Of a stretch of DNA of 64,000 nucleotides, positions 53,147-63,990 are shown piece after piece (the first letter of the stretch is position 1; every line of letters starts with the position of its first letter). Source of the DNA: Octopus bimaculoides (taxonomy: Eukaryota). Made by a program: the position numbers and the translations under genes. Under the pieces are notes generated by a model. The model saw nothing but the letters and a program-made list of their open reading frames with translations. It was not told the DNA's origin and did no database searches. The DNA is taken from the NCBI RefSeq assembly GCF_001194135.2, contig NC_068984.1, positions 19,651,062-19,715,061 on the forward strand, read 5' to 3'.

Positions 53147-54429
53147 CAAACCTGGGCACCAAACTGTTAATCCGTTAACCATTAATTAATGATGTTAATA
53201 TTTTTGTTAACGATTTAACTTTGGAAATCATTATCAAAATAACTTCAGTTACATTTAACTTCCATTAACTAAAGTCCACTTGAGTTAACTTCTATTAACT
53301 CAAGTTGCTGCAACAATCTTTAGGCTCAAAGACTTGAAGTCCAAGGGCCTCATCTACTGCAGCCCCTTGGTCGACGTACATTTGGGGGGGGGCATCAACA
53401 AAAAATTTAGGACCCTCCTGGTTTCGGCTCATCAGGTTGGATAAGTATGACAACACCACGGTTGCCAAGGTGAGGAAAAGACTGGCGGGTAAGGTCAAGG
53501 AGGCCATGAAGCAGCAATCTGACAAAGTGAGCAGCAACAGTGGGGGCAGCAACAATGAAGAGGATGATGACTTCTTCGGTGGTGTCACCCAGCCAAAGGA
53601 AAGCAGCAGGAGTCACAGGTCACTTAAGGACAAGATCCAGAATTTGGTCAAGGCCTGGTTGGAGACCTGCTTGAAGGACTTGCTGACAGATGCTGCCTTC
53701 TTGGGTGAGCAAGTGTTGGTGGACTTGTTCATCATGTTGAACGCAGCCATCTCCTCCAGTGATGTAGTGGAGTGTTTGTTCTCTATGGGCAAGGACATCT
53801 TGAGGGTCAAGAGATCATCTCTGTCAGATGAAAACATGAAGGGAATATGCATCTCATGAACAAAATGAAGAACAAGAAGAGGAAAAATTAAATTATGTAT
53901 ATATTGTATTTTTTGTTTTTTAATTTTCATTTTTCTACAGCCACTTTATCAATAAACTTTTTTAGTTTAATACTAATTATTGTGTTTCATTTGACATTTT
54001 CTGTTACCTTTTTCTGGCTCTAAAAGCCTTTAAAAACCTAAAAGGACCCAAACTATGAAATCAACCTTTTCTAGGTCTTTTAAAAGTTAAAACTATAAAG
54101 TCAGCATTTTTAAGCTCTAAAGCAAAAAAAAAAAAGTATAGTTTTGGAGTTCTAAGGCCCTTAAANNNNNNNNNNTCTAAAGCAAAAAAAAAAAAAGTAT
54201 AGTTTTGGAGTTCTAAGGCCCTTAAAAAGACCAAAAAATGGTTGATTTTATAGTTTGGTGCTTTTTAAAGGTATTTTTAGGTGGTTTTAGAGCAAAAACT
54301 GATTTTTTGTATTTTTCTATAATAAAAATTAATGTTAACAGTTTATCGATAATTTCTGTTACATTTTTAAAGAATTAACTTATTAAAGGTTATTGAAGTT
54401 AACTTTTTAGTTAACAGTGTCCACTTTTG
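53147..54429 (+). mobile_element. Internally deleted hAT DNA transposon carrying the transposase C-terminus (ORF 53437..53859)
   Basis: ORF ends LNAAISSSDVVECLFSMGKDILRVKRSSLSDEN, resembling the hAT dimerisation domain. Degenerate TIRs caaacctgggcac / gtgtccacttttg. 8-bp TSD ccacctag (53139-53146) / ttacctag (54430-54437). GTTAAC-rich subterminal repeats. Confidence 0.85.
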
Positions 54430-54488
54430 TTACCTAGCCAGTAGGGTGGCATTGTTCCAAATCTAAAACAACTACCAGGAAGTGCATT

Positions 54489-54836
54489 ATTTACATTATT
54501 TACATTTGACGGATATTTGTCCTCATCTTTTTTGTTGTTAACCACTATGACATATGCCCACGGACATATGGTGTAGTGGTTGAGAGTGCGGGCTACTAAC
54601 CCCAAGATTCTGAGTTTGATTCCAAGCAATGACCTGAACAATAACAATAATAATAATAACATCGAAAAATACCTTAGGAATGAGAACCCAGGTTCGAAAT
54701 TTCCCCAAGACACCTGAAGAAGGCTGGAGGGTATATCAGCTGAAATGTTGTGTTAACAACAAACAAGATAAGGACAAATATCCGTCTAATGTAAATAATG
54801 TACATAATTCCGCATCTCTGAAATATAGAACCGTAT
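54489..54836 (+). mobile_element. tRNA-headed short element with a Penelope-type tail, hammerhead-like motif and inverted partial copy at its 5' end
   Basis: 16-bp direct repeat taccaggaagtgcatt at 54473-54488 and 54837-54852. 51-bp inverted arms 54492-54542 / 54752-54802 (48/51 identical). A-box tggtgtagtgg and B-box gagtttgattcc. ctgaaga...gaaa core. Confidence 0.75.
54709..54754 (+). ncRNA. Minimal type I hammerhead-ribozyme-like motif (probably decayed)
   Basis: gacac CTGAAGA a ggctg gagggtatat cagct GAAA tg TT gtgtt: stem I gacac/gtgtt, stem II ggctg/cagct, minimal stem III atgt (ACGT if a CpG is restored). Folding not computed. Confidence 0.55.
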
Positions 54837-55259
54837 TACCAGGAAGTGCATTGCAACCTGCAGTGTATGACAACATCCTATAATATGGTTGATGCAGCAG
54901 TACAATTACAATGACCTAGGGTTATATACTTTAATGTGCCTATCTTTTTTGAGCTGGTAGGGTATTGTATATAACCATGCAATGGCAGTTATAGAAGTTT
55001 CGGTGACCATGTAGAAGCTTCATTGTCAACTTATGCAAGTGTATCTATAATTGCATAACTGGACTATTAAACCTAAATTATGGTTTTAGGTTCAGTATTC
55101 AGATGGTTGTTAATTCTGATAGGTGTTGACAGTCCTCATTGAATGTAATATACATATTATATATTGTCAGTAAATCATAAATCTGAAAGAGAAGCACACT
55201 CTATGTTATAGAGCAGTAGATGTCCATATATGTATATATGGACATACACCTTCACTGTC

Positions 55260-55295
<36 letters not shown>

Positions 55296-55583
55296 CCATC
55301 ATCCTTGTCCTCTAGTGTAGTGATTGTTAGTATGGATTGGCAGAGTCATTATATTGTCAGAATAAATGGTTTGCAGTATTTTCTCTGGTTCTTTATGTTC
55401 CGGATACAAATCCCAACAACATCAACTTTGCCTTGGATCCTTTAAGGGTTCATAAAATAAAGTACCAGTTAAGCATTGGTATTGGTGTAACCAGCTAACC
55501 CTTACCCAACAAAAAATTACTGGCCTTAGGCCAAAATCTGAAATCATCATCATCATCAATCATCATTTATTATTATTATTATT

Positions 55584-55763
55584 GTTCAGTAGTTTTATTT
55601 TTATAACGTGCTTTCACTTCACTACCGAGTGCAGCTCTGTGCGCCTTGGGTATGTGCTGTGGTTTGCTGTGATGTTCTTATGGTTACTGTATTGAAAGTG
55701 TTTTGCGTAGGATGTGTGCAGTGCCCAGTAGTGCAATTTTCTGTATGTTATATATATTTGTAA

Positions 55764-55765
<2 letters not shown>
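55584..55765 (-). mobile_element. Second, shorter copy of the same Dong-like family in the same (TAA)n tract
   Basis: [20 protein letters not shown] plus a 3' UTR alignable to 55845-55990; ends ctactgaacaataataat. Confidence 0.75.
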
Positions 55766-55844
<79 letters not shown>

Positions 55845-55847
<3 letters not shown>

Positions 55848-56210
55848 TAGTCTAATTTTGATCATGTGCTTTGACTGCACTACCAAGCGCAGCTCTGTGT
55901 GCCTTGGGTTTTTGTGCTGTAGTTTGTTGTGATGCTCTTATTTTTACTGTATTGAAAGATGTGTCACGCCTAGTAGTGCCATTTTCTGCATTGTATATAT
56001 ATTTGTTAGTCCTGGTGTTTTTATTATGTATTTGTCTGAATATTTTTTTTATCATACCTAATGCACATATTATGATAGGAATTGTTTTTGTTTTTAGACT
56101 CCACATTCAAATTACCTCTATTTCCAGGTCTTTGTATTTTGAAAGTTTCTCCATTTCTTTTAGAGAAACATTGTCATTTGTTAGTATTGATACATCGATT
56201 AGAAAACATT
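55845..56210 (-). mobile_element. 5'-truncated R4/Dong-like element in (TAA)n
   Basis: [55 protein letters not shown]; 3' end ctactgaa(taa)n. Confidence 0.8.
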
Positions 56211-56619
56211 TATTATTATAATAAGTGTTATTATTATTATTAAGGCAGCACACTGGTAGAATTGTTAGCATGTGGGCAAAATGCTTATTAGCATTTCTTC
56301 TGGCTTCACGTTCTGAGTTCAAATTCTGCTATGGTCAACTTTGCTTTTCATCCTTTTGGGGTTGATAAAATAAGAAATGGTTGAGGACTGGGGTTGATGT
56401 AATCAAGTAGACCATTCTCCCCAAATTTCAGGCATTGTGCCTATAGTTGAAAGAATTATTATCATTATTATTAAGGTAGTAAGCTGTCAGAATCGTTAGC
56501 ACACTTGGATGAAATGCTTAGCAGTATTTCATTCATCTTCACATTCCAGGTTCAAATTCCAATCAGTCAAGATTAGAAACCACAGGAGTCAGTGTCTGGT
56601 ACTACATCAGGGCCTTTAC

Positions 56620-56659
<40 letters not shown>

Positions 56660-57022
56660 GAGTGAGTGAGAGAGCAATGCATGCCACCAAAGTGACACTG
56701 GGGTAAATTATATGAAGTCCAGTATACCCATCATGACTACCTGTCTGATAAGGGTACACCAGGCACACGCATCACAACCATATATGTACGATATGGTGAT
56801 CTAATATCAAGATAAACAGGGCATGACCTTGCAGGTGGGGGCCAAGCTAGAATTTTCTTCGGGTCGAGTAGCCCATCCCATTCAACAGTTCCCTGAATAA
56901 GGGTTGTTTAAGGATATTGAACGAAACACCCATGTTTCCAGGTAAAACAGGTACATGATAACACTTCCAACAGTCAAGATCAGAAGCCATGAGAGTCAGT
57001 GTCTGGTTCTGCATCAGGGTAT
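56660..57022 (-). mobile_element. Non-coding interspersed element flanked on both sides by (TAA)n; a head fragment recurs at ~56562-56612
   Basis: GC-richer 360-bp block between TTA runs. Shared segment cagtcaagat(c/t)agaa(g/a)cca...gagtcagtgtctgg...catcaggg. No tRNA boxes recognised. Confidence 0.55.
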
Positions 57023-57033
57023 TTATTATCACT

Positions 57034-57094
<61 letters not shown>

Positions 57095-57294
57095 CAATAA
57101 CTAGTGACATTATTCTTATTACATACTCTCACATAATATACAACAAAGTGTAGCTCAGAATATTTTGGGTGTGACCACTGCTTTATTTTTTTTCCTTTTG
57201 TATTTTTTCTATTGTATTTAAAGTACTATATACAGTGCTAATCTCTGTATGTTGTGTAAGTCACAGAGTTCTGGTTATGTATTCATTTGAATCT

Positions 57295-57560
57295 TTTTAT
57301 AATCTTTCTCAGGCTACCAATTACTATGGATGATAGTTTTATGTTTGAAATCCCTTCATTGTGGACATCACTGTTTCCATATCTTTAATTGAAATAATTT
57401 CACCAATATCATTTAGGGATACATTGTTTGTTGGAATTGAGATCTCGGTTAGAAGACATTCTTTTTGTTGATTGTCTTCATCGCTAATACCCGGATGAGT
57501 TGTTTTAATCTACCTGTCATTGTTAACCAGCATGTTCTGCAATACATTCCAAAATAATCT
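57295..57560 (-). mobile_element. Older degenerate RLE-type (R4-like) endonuclease remnant
   Basis: Minus-strand translation contains QQKECLLTEISIPTNNVSLNDIGEIISIKDMETVMSTM...SIVIGSL, similar to the 56210 copy. Confidence 0.55.
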
Positions 57561-58621
57561 ATAGAAGTCAGTAAGTCTATTTGCTGTGAAGAGTGAAAAG
57601 GTTTGATACTCTGGACACACGTATGGTCAAGTAACAGCCAGTAGAATTAAAAAACATAAAGCAAAAACAAAATGATGTGTAAAGGCTAAAAGGTAAGAAC
57701 TTTTGGACCTTTTGACTTCCTTCAGCTATAACATGCTCTCTCTGTTGAAGGACTTATGTAATACAGTTCCATTCATCACAGCAATCAAAGGTATAGAACA
57801 TTCTTAGATTTTGTAACCATTTATAACGGAAGCACTAGGCCTAAAATTTTGGAGGAAGGGATTAAGTCGATTACATCGACCCCAGTATGTAACTGGTACT
57901 AACTTTATCACCACCAAAAGGCTGAAAGGCAAAGCTGACCTCAGAAGAATTCGAACTCAAACCTAATGGTAGACAAAATACCGTTAAGCATTTCACACAG
58001 TGGGCTAACAATTTCTGCCAGCTCACCACCTTAATATAATATAATTATATAAAATAATATAATAAATGTGAATGTCAGTGTGTCACACTTTTTCAATTTT
58101 ACTCTTAGAGGCCATAACCCAACATATCATATCATTTTGGAATCAAGCTGACACACCGTGAGTATATTTAAAACATTCCCGGCCAAATCCAGACCCGCAG
58201 TTGTGAAATTTTGGATTCCCAAGTTTACATTTACTGTGATTGTTTTTGGTGATTTTTCTTTATGTGACTCTTTGCGACAAATTTTTTTGTACAATAACAA
58301 TTTTTATAATCTAAAGGCTAACTCCATGAATAAATTAAAAACATTCTGGGCTGAATCTGGATCTGCAATCCTGAAATCTTGGATTCCTATGTTTTCATTA
58401 TTGAGATTGTTTACAGCAATTTTTTTTACATGATTTTTTGCGACAAATACAATCATCATTAGGATATAACTCTGGAGGAAGCAATTGCAACACATTCTCC
58501 AAAACAAGTCTGTTTGTAGATTTTCCTATTCGGGGTCAGTTGCTTAAAAGCTATACACTAGCTTCAAAGCTGCCCTATTGTGCAACTTTTAAGTTAGTAT
58601 ACACACACGTGTATATGCATA

Positions 58622-59036
58622 CAAGGATATATTTTTTATTGACAAATGTCAATGACATACATGCAGATGATGATGCATACAAGGATATATTTTTTATTGA
58701 CAAATGTCAATGACATACATGCAGATGATGATGTATGTACATATATATATATATATATGCATTATACATATATGTGTTTGTGTGTGTTTTTTGTACAATT
58801 TTGAACTATATTTTATATATAGTTCAAAATTATAAAAATAAAATGCATACACACACACACATTTTATACATATATACATTTTTATACATATACACACATT
58901 TTTATGCATATATATATATATATATATATATATAATGCACACACACACAAATATATATATATTTTAATGTACATATATCATCATTTCATATACATGTGTG
59001 CTATTGACACCTGTCAATAGGAATGTGATATCCTTG
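58622..59036. mobile_element. TA-flanked MITE with ~40-bp TIRs and a microsatellite core; left end tandemly duplicated (58-bp unit 58616-58673 / 58674-58731)
   Basis: TA|caaggatatattttttattgacaaatgtcaat vs attgacacctgtcaataggaatgtgatatccttg|TA. Confidence 0.6.
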
Positions 59037-59749
59037 TATTATTTATACAATGTGATATACTTATATATATATATATTCCCAAATAGTTAGAGAGAAAGAA
59101 AAAGCTTTTTAACTGCTCTCCTCTCTATATATGTGTGTGTGTGTGTGTGTTTCATGACAACACAAGCCACAATGAAGGAATGCAGAAGTGTTACATACAA
59201 TAAGTAGGAAGTATAACAGAGAATTCAAACTAGTCTCAAAACCTACGCAGGCAACAACTAAACCATATGGTTTACTATGCAATACTACTTCACTGAACAG
59301 TAGTATTATGTTGTCAATCTTCTACAACAGATTTGGATTTAATAAAACAAGTATGAAACATATAAAGGAGATCCATATAAAGGAGATCATTCATTTGACT
59401 GTAACATATCTTTACAAATGTCTGTCTGCTCTGATAAAAGAAACCCTTGTTAAACTACACAAAATTTACAATATCCACAATAAATATTTTACTATAAATG
59501 CAGACATCATTACTAGAGCTGTGTGAGCTGTGATGGATGCGTAGTTAAAAGGTTTGCTTCACTGCATTGTTATTTTGTTTTAGGGGGGGGGGGGGTTCAT
59601 CCTGTTATTTGGCACTCTTGGACAAGTTCCTTCTACTATAGCCATGGAGTGAATCATACCTTGTCAATAGAATTGAACTTGGTAGATAGAAGCTGGTGAA
59701 AGGACACAATACATACACACACACACACACTTTCTCTCTCTCTCTCAAA

Positions 59750-59782
<33 letters not shown>

Positions 59783-59900
59783 TAGATAGATAGATAGATA
59801 TATAGATAGATAGATAGATAGACAGACATAGAGAGAGAGAAAGAGATAGATATGTACATGCATGTACATCAATATTTAAACACACACACTCATACGTGTG

Positions 59901-59950
<50 letters not shown>

Positions 59951-60229
59951 CGTGCGTGCGTGTGCGTGTGTGTGTGCACGTGTTTGCCACAACAACATTG
60001 AGTATAAATAGTGTTGTGTTAAGAAGGTAACTTAACTTATCAACAAACAGAAATGGATGAAAGAAGAATCATATTAAAATATGTTCTGTGGGGTGGGGCT
60101 GATATAATTGACTAAAATCCTTGAAATTGGTGGGCCCACCAAGGTCACACAGTACAAGAAGTGAAACTAACTAAAGAATAAAAGAATATGGCTCATCTTC
60201 CCACCAACAACTTTGGTTGACTTTTTGAA

Positions 60230-60370
60230 TTCAATATCTGTACCACTCAAAAAATTTTGTTGTGCTCAGAATTGTTAAAACGTGGAATAAATTTCCTACA
60301 TCAAGTTTAGTTGTCAAGATACCACATCCTTTAAAAATTCCTGAAATTCACCAAAACTAATCCTGAGGTG
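60230..60370 (+). mobile_element. CR1/L2-like LINE 3' remnant
   Basis: aattttgttgtgctcagaattgttaaaacgtggaataaatttcct encodes a ...RIVKTWNKFP motif typical of the CR1/L2 C-terminus. Confidence 0.45.
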
Positions 60371-60399
60371 CCGATGTACCCTTTTCTCTTAATAGTTCT

Positions 60400-60740
60400 T
60401 TCATCCTTTTACTCTTTCACTTGCTTCAGTCATTTGACTGCGACCATACTAGAGCACTGCCTTGAAAGATTTTAGTCAAATGAATTGACCCCGGAACTTT
60501 TTTTTAAGCCTAGTACTTATTTTATCGGTCTCCTTTGCTGAAGTGCTAAGTTACAGGGACATAAACACACTAACAGTGGTGATGGGGGGACAAACACAGA
60601 CATAATGACATATATACATACATATATATATATAGATTCAAGGTTGAATATGGTACTTATGCGTAGGCACCCGAATATCGTATTCCAAAATGGATAGGTG
60701 ATCAAAAAATCAAAAAATAAGCAACACGGATTTCAAAGGT

Positions 60741-60799
<59 letters not shown>

Positions 60800-60955
60800 G
60801 ACAGGCTTCTTTCAGTTTGCATCTACCAAATCCACTGACAAGGCTTTTGGTTGGCCCACAGATATATTAGAAGACACTTACCGAAAGTGCTACACAGTGG
60901 GACTGAACCCAGAACCATGTGGTTGGGAAGCAAGCTTCTTACCACACAGTCACTC
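60400..60955 (-). mobile_element. SINE family A copy with an extra ~105-bp insert in its microsatellite
   Basis: Matches family A. Further partial copies ~52-200, 6625-6720(+), 8150-8310, 12430-12580, 17360-17510, 17805-17900, 22520-22690(+), 30470-30610, 34690-34830(+), 40600-40760(+), 47620-47990. Confidence 0.8.
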
Positions 60956-61455
60956 TCCACTTTTTCTGTCTTTCTTGTGTTTTATCCTGTGTACTATGCA
61001 TGAACTTTTAGCTTTCATTGCTATATTCCTTTACACAATTTATTGCTTTTTCTGTCCCTTTTAAAACTCTTTTTGCAATGAGTTGTAGCCCACCTGAGTT
61101 TGTCATTACAATATAGTATACAATGCTACATTGCACTATGTCCAGTCATACTATCTAAAATCATACTTGCAGTGTTAGAAATAAACCAGAGATATTTTAA
61201 TTATATGCTAGATAAAGCACGTTTGACATCTCAACAAATACTAAATCTTACTAAATTAATACACTGGAATTCAGCAGAACGATGCAATTTACTGAATGTC
61301 CAATATTAGTTGCTAGAGAAGTCATAAATCTTTATCAAAATGCATGATGGCTGACATAAGAATAGAATATCACTATCTGAAATGGTGAACTGGCAGAGTT
61401 ATCAGAGTGTTGGAGTTAACGTCCTGTGGCATTTGTATCAGTTCATGGCACTCTG

Positions 61456-62386
61456 AGGTATAACTACAGATTGGTACCCCATATCATCACCACCACCACT
61501 ACTACCACTTTTTACCTCATGACATTCTGAAATATGCATACTTTTTAATAACATTTTGTAGAGCTATGTTTTCAGGAGTGTAAATTACAATTTTCATCAT
61601 CATTTAGCATCCATTTTTCCATGCTTTCACAGGTCAGATGGAATTTACTGAGTCAGATTTTATACAGCTGGATGCTTTTCCTGTTGCTAACCCTCACTTA
61701 TTTCCAAGCAAAGCAATATTTCCCTATGGAAACAAACAACATCGCTTACATGACAGTGGTACGAATCTACAATCATCACAATGTCAAGACAAGAATGTAC
61801 ACACACACACACACACACACAGAGTAAGCTTCTCTCAGTTTTTGTCTACCCAATCCACTCACAAGGCTTTGTTAAGTCCAGCGATGGGATACAGCAGAAG
61901 ACATTTGCCCAAGGTGCTGTGAGGTGAGACTGAACTCAAGACCACATGGTTTAAAAGCAAACTTCTTAGCCACACAGTCACAGCTGCACCATAACCAAAC
62001 TGATAAAATTTAAGGAAAAAAAAAATTGGGGGGGTGGGGACTTTTATCTTCTCTCACCAACTTTACCATTACCAAGTTTTGTAATTTTAATATTTGTTGC
62101 TTTTTTTTTCCAGATTTATGTTTGAAGAATCAATGTTGCATAGTCTACACTTGCAAAAACATATTTCTGCAAAATATCGTTTGAAAATATGCATTTTATA
62201 GAGTTATGAGGAAACAAAGTCAGGAGGGGGTAAATATGATTCAAAACTTTAATGTTTTCAACATATCTGTCATCTACATCCTCAAACACATATCTCTACA
62301 AAATTTCATTAGAAAATATTTAGTTCTCAGAATGTTATGAGGTAACATATTCAGCAGGGTGGGGGTACCAAACTGTAGTTGTGCCC
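61456..62386. mobile_element. Long-TIR DNA element (~130-bp imperfect TIRs) with SINE fragments inserted inside (~61600-61990)
   Basis: aactacagattggtacccc...ttacctcatgacattctga...ttttgtagagctatg matches the reverse complement of 62270-62386. Confidence 0.55.
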
Positions 62387-63669
62387 ATGTCGTCATCGAC
62401 ATTATCTAGTGCCCGTTATCCATGCTCTAAGCTGGAGGGCTGCACCAGGTTCCAATCCTATTTGGCATGGTTTCTATGGCTGGATGCCCTTCCTAACGTC
62501 AACCACTCCAAAAGTGTAATGGGTACGATTTATGTGCCACCAATATGGGTGCCAGTTCCATGACATCAGCATCGGCCATGACTATGATTTCATTTGGTTT
62601 GGCAGGTCTTTTCAAGCACGGCATATCACCATAGGTCTTGGTCACTTATCATTGCCTCTGTGAGGCCCAACATTCGAAAGGTGCTTTTTACATGCCACTT
62701 ATGTGATGACAGCATCAGCCATGACTACAATTTCACTGAGCTTCAAATCCTGTACAAGATTGACCCTTTCATGGTCAATAAATAAAATATCAGTCCAGGG
62801 ATATGGGTTATAGGTTGGTGAAACTGTTGGAGTATCAAGTTAGATGGTTCATACTACAGAAAGGACATACTTGATTATACAGTCTAGAACATATAAAAAG
62901 ATGGAATGGTCATGGGTAGAATGATTTTGATCATAATTCTACTCTATCAGGGTTCACCTATCAAGTTCCATTATGCTTCATGGATAGTTGTTAAAAATAT
63001 ATCCCACTACAAAACCAGTTACTCCCACAATATGTAAATATTAATTTTGTAAGAAAGCCAACCCACCTACATTAATGTGAGAAAATGGTTATGAAATAAA
63101 TAAATAATAGATCAGAATAAAAAAAAAATCATTAACAGCTTGCATACATACATTTGTACTCTCACAAGCAAAATTCTAAAGAGATGTGTTGTATGCATGA
63201 ACACACACAAAACATATAATGTAGTAGCTTATTTTAATTGATTTCTTACATAGGCACAAGGACCCGAATTTGGAAGGGGAAGGATATAAATCAATTATAT
63301 CGACCCCAGTATTTGAGATAATTGACTAACCCATCCCCACAAGTTTCTGGCCCCGTGCCTATGCTAGAAATTATAGATTTTTTTTTTCTAATTAGCCACT
63401 AAACATGTAAAAGCTGAACAAACTAATGAATCATGAGTAACATTCAACATTTGTATCACTGTACTCTGTGTGTGTCCCTTCCCATCTAATAAAGCAACTT
63501 GACTATGCAGACAATCCTATTATAGTTTTTGAATTTTCTTCATGCATGGTGTTTTTGATCTACAATGTTGATATACTTGTTTTTCTTCTTCTGTCCACTT
63601 TTTATCATTCGCTCCTGCCCCAATATTCCAGCTGTGACCATCTTTTGTTGTGTTTTTTCTAACGTATTA

Positions 63670-63990
63670 CTTTTAGAAAAAAAGCTTGCTAGTACCAGGA
63701 GCTAGTGAGTTTACTGCTAGCCAGCTGAAGTATGCTGCTGGAGGCTCATGGGGCAATCCCTCAATAAAGTTCTGACTAGACTTGGAGTTACTGGTGCAAG
63801 ATGAATGCTGGAACCATGCATTCCATCACTGAAGCCAAAGAGAAAGCTACTACATGATTCAGAATATAAAGGATAGATCCTTGGTTTGTTGCTGCCTGGA
63901 GTTACCAACTTTGGTTGGGATCTGATGTTGAAGAGACCCAAAAACCCCTCTAACCCATAAAAAACAGCAGTGGTGATGCATTCTAGATCA
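63670..63990 (+). mobile_element. HERO-like RLE non-LTR 3' remnant
   Basis: Frameshifted EKKLAxYQELVS...C*PAEVCCWRLMGQSLNKVLTRLGVTGAR...HSITEAKEKA...RIDPW resembles the HERO C-terminus (PVEVGCRGFAGQSL...ITEAAEKAS.WLWI.R.DPW, recalled from memory). Confidence 0.6.

Larger units (their letters stand above)
52960..54890 (+). mobile_element. tRNA-derived SINE (family E) split by the hAT element and the hammerhead-bearing element
   Basis: Rejoining 52960-53146 + 54438-54488 + 54853-54890 gives a sequence alignable to the uninterrupted minus-strand copy at ~330-560 (cctagccag(c/t)agggtg...gtgcattg...caacatc). Confidence 0.65.

Noticed and set aside
53437-53859. hAT ORF as a domesticated host gene
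   Set aside because: Only the C-terminal fragment is present, inside an element that still has TIRs and a TSD, with substitutions in the conserved ERLFS motif (ECLFS)
54117-54225. 49-bp direct repeat either side of a 10-N gap
   Set aside because: Typical scaffold-overlap artefact at a placeholder gap
59188-59526. 112-aa plus-strand ORF
   Set aside because: AT-rich, no recognisable motif, no splice or promoter context; consistent with chance
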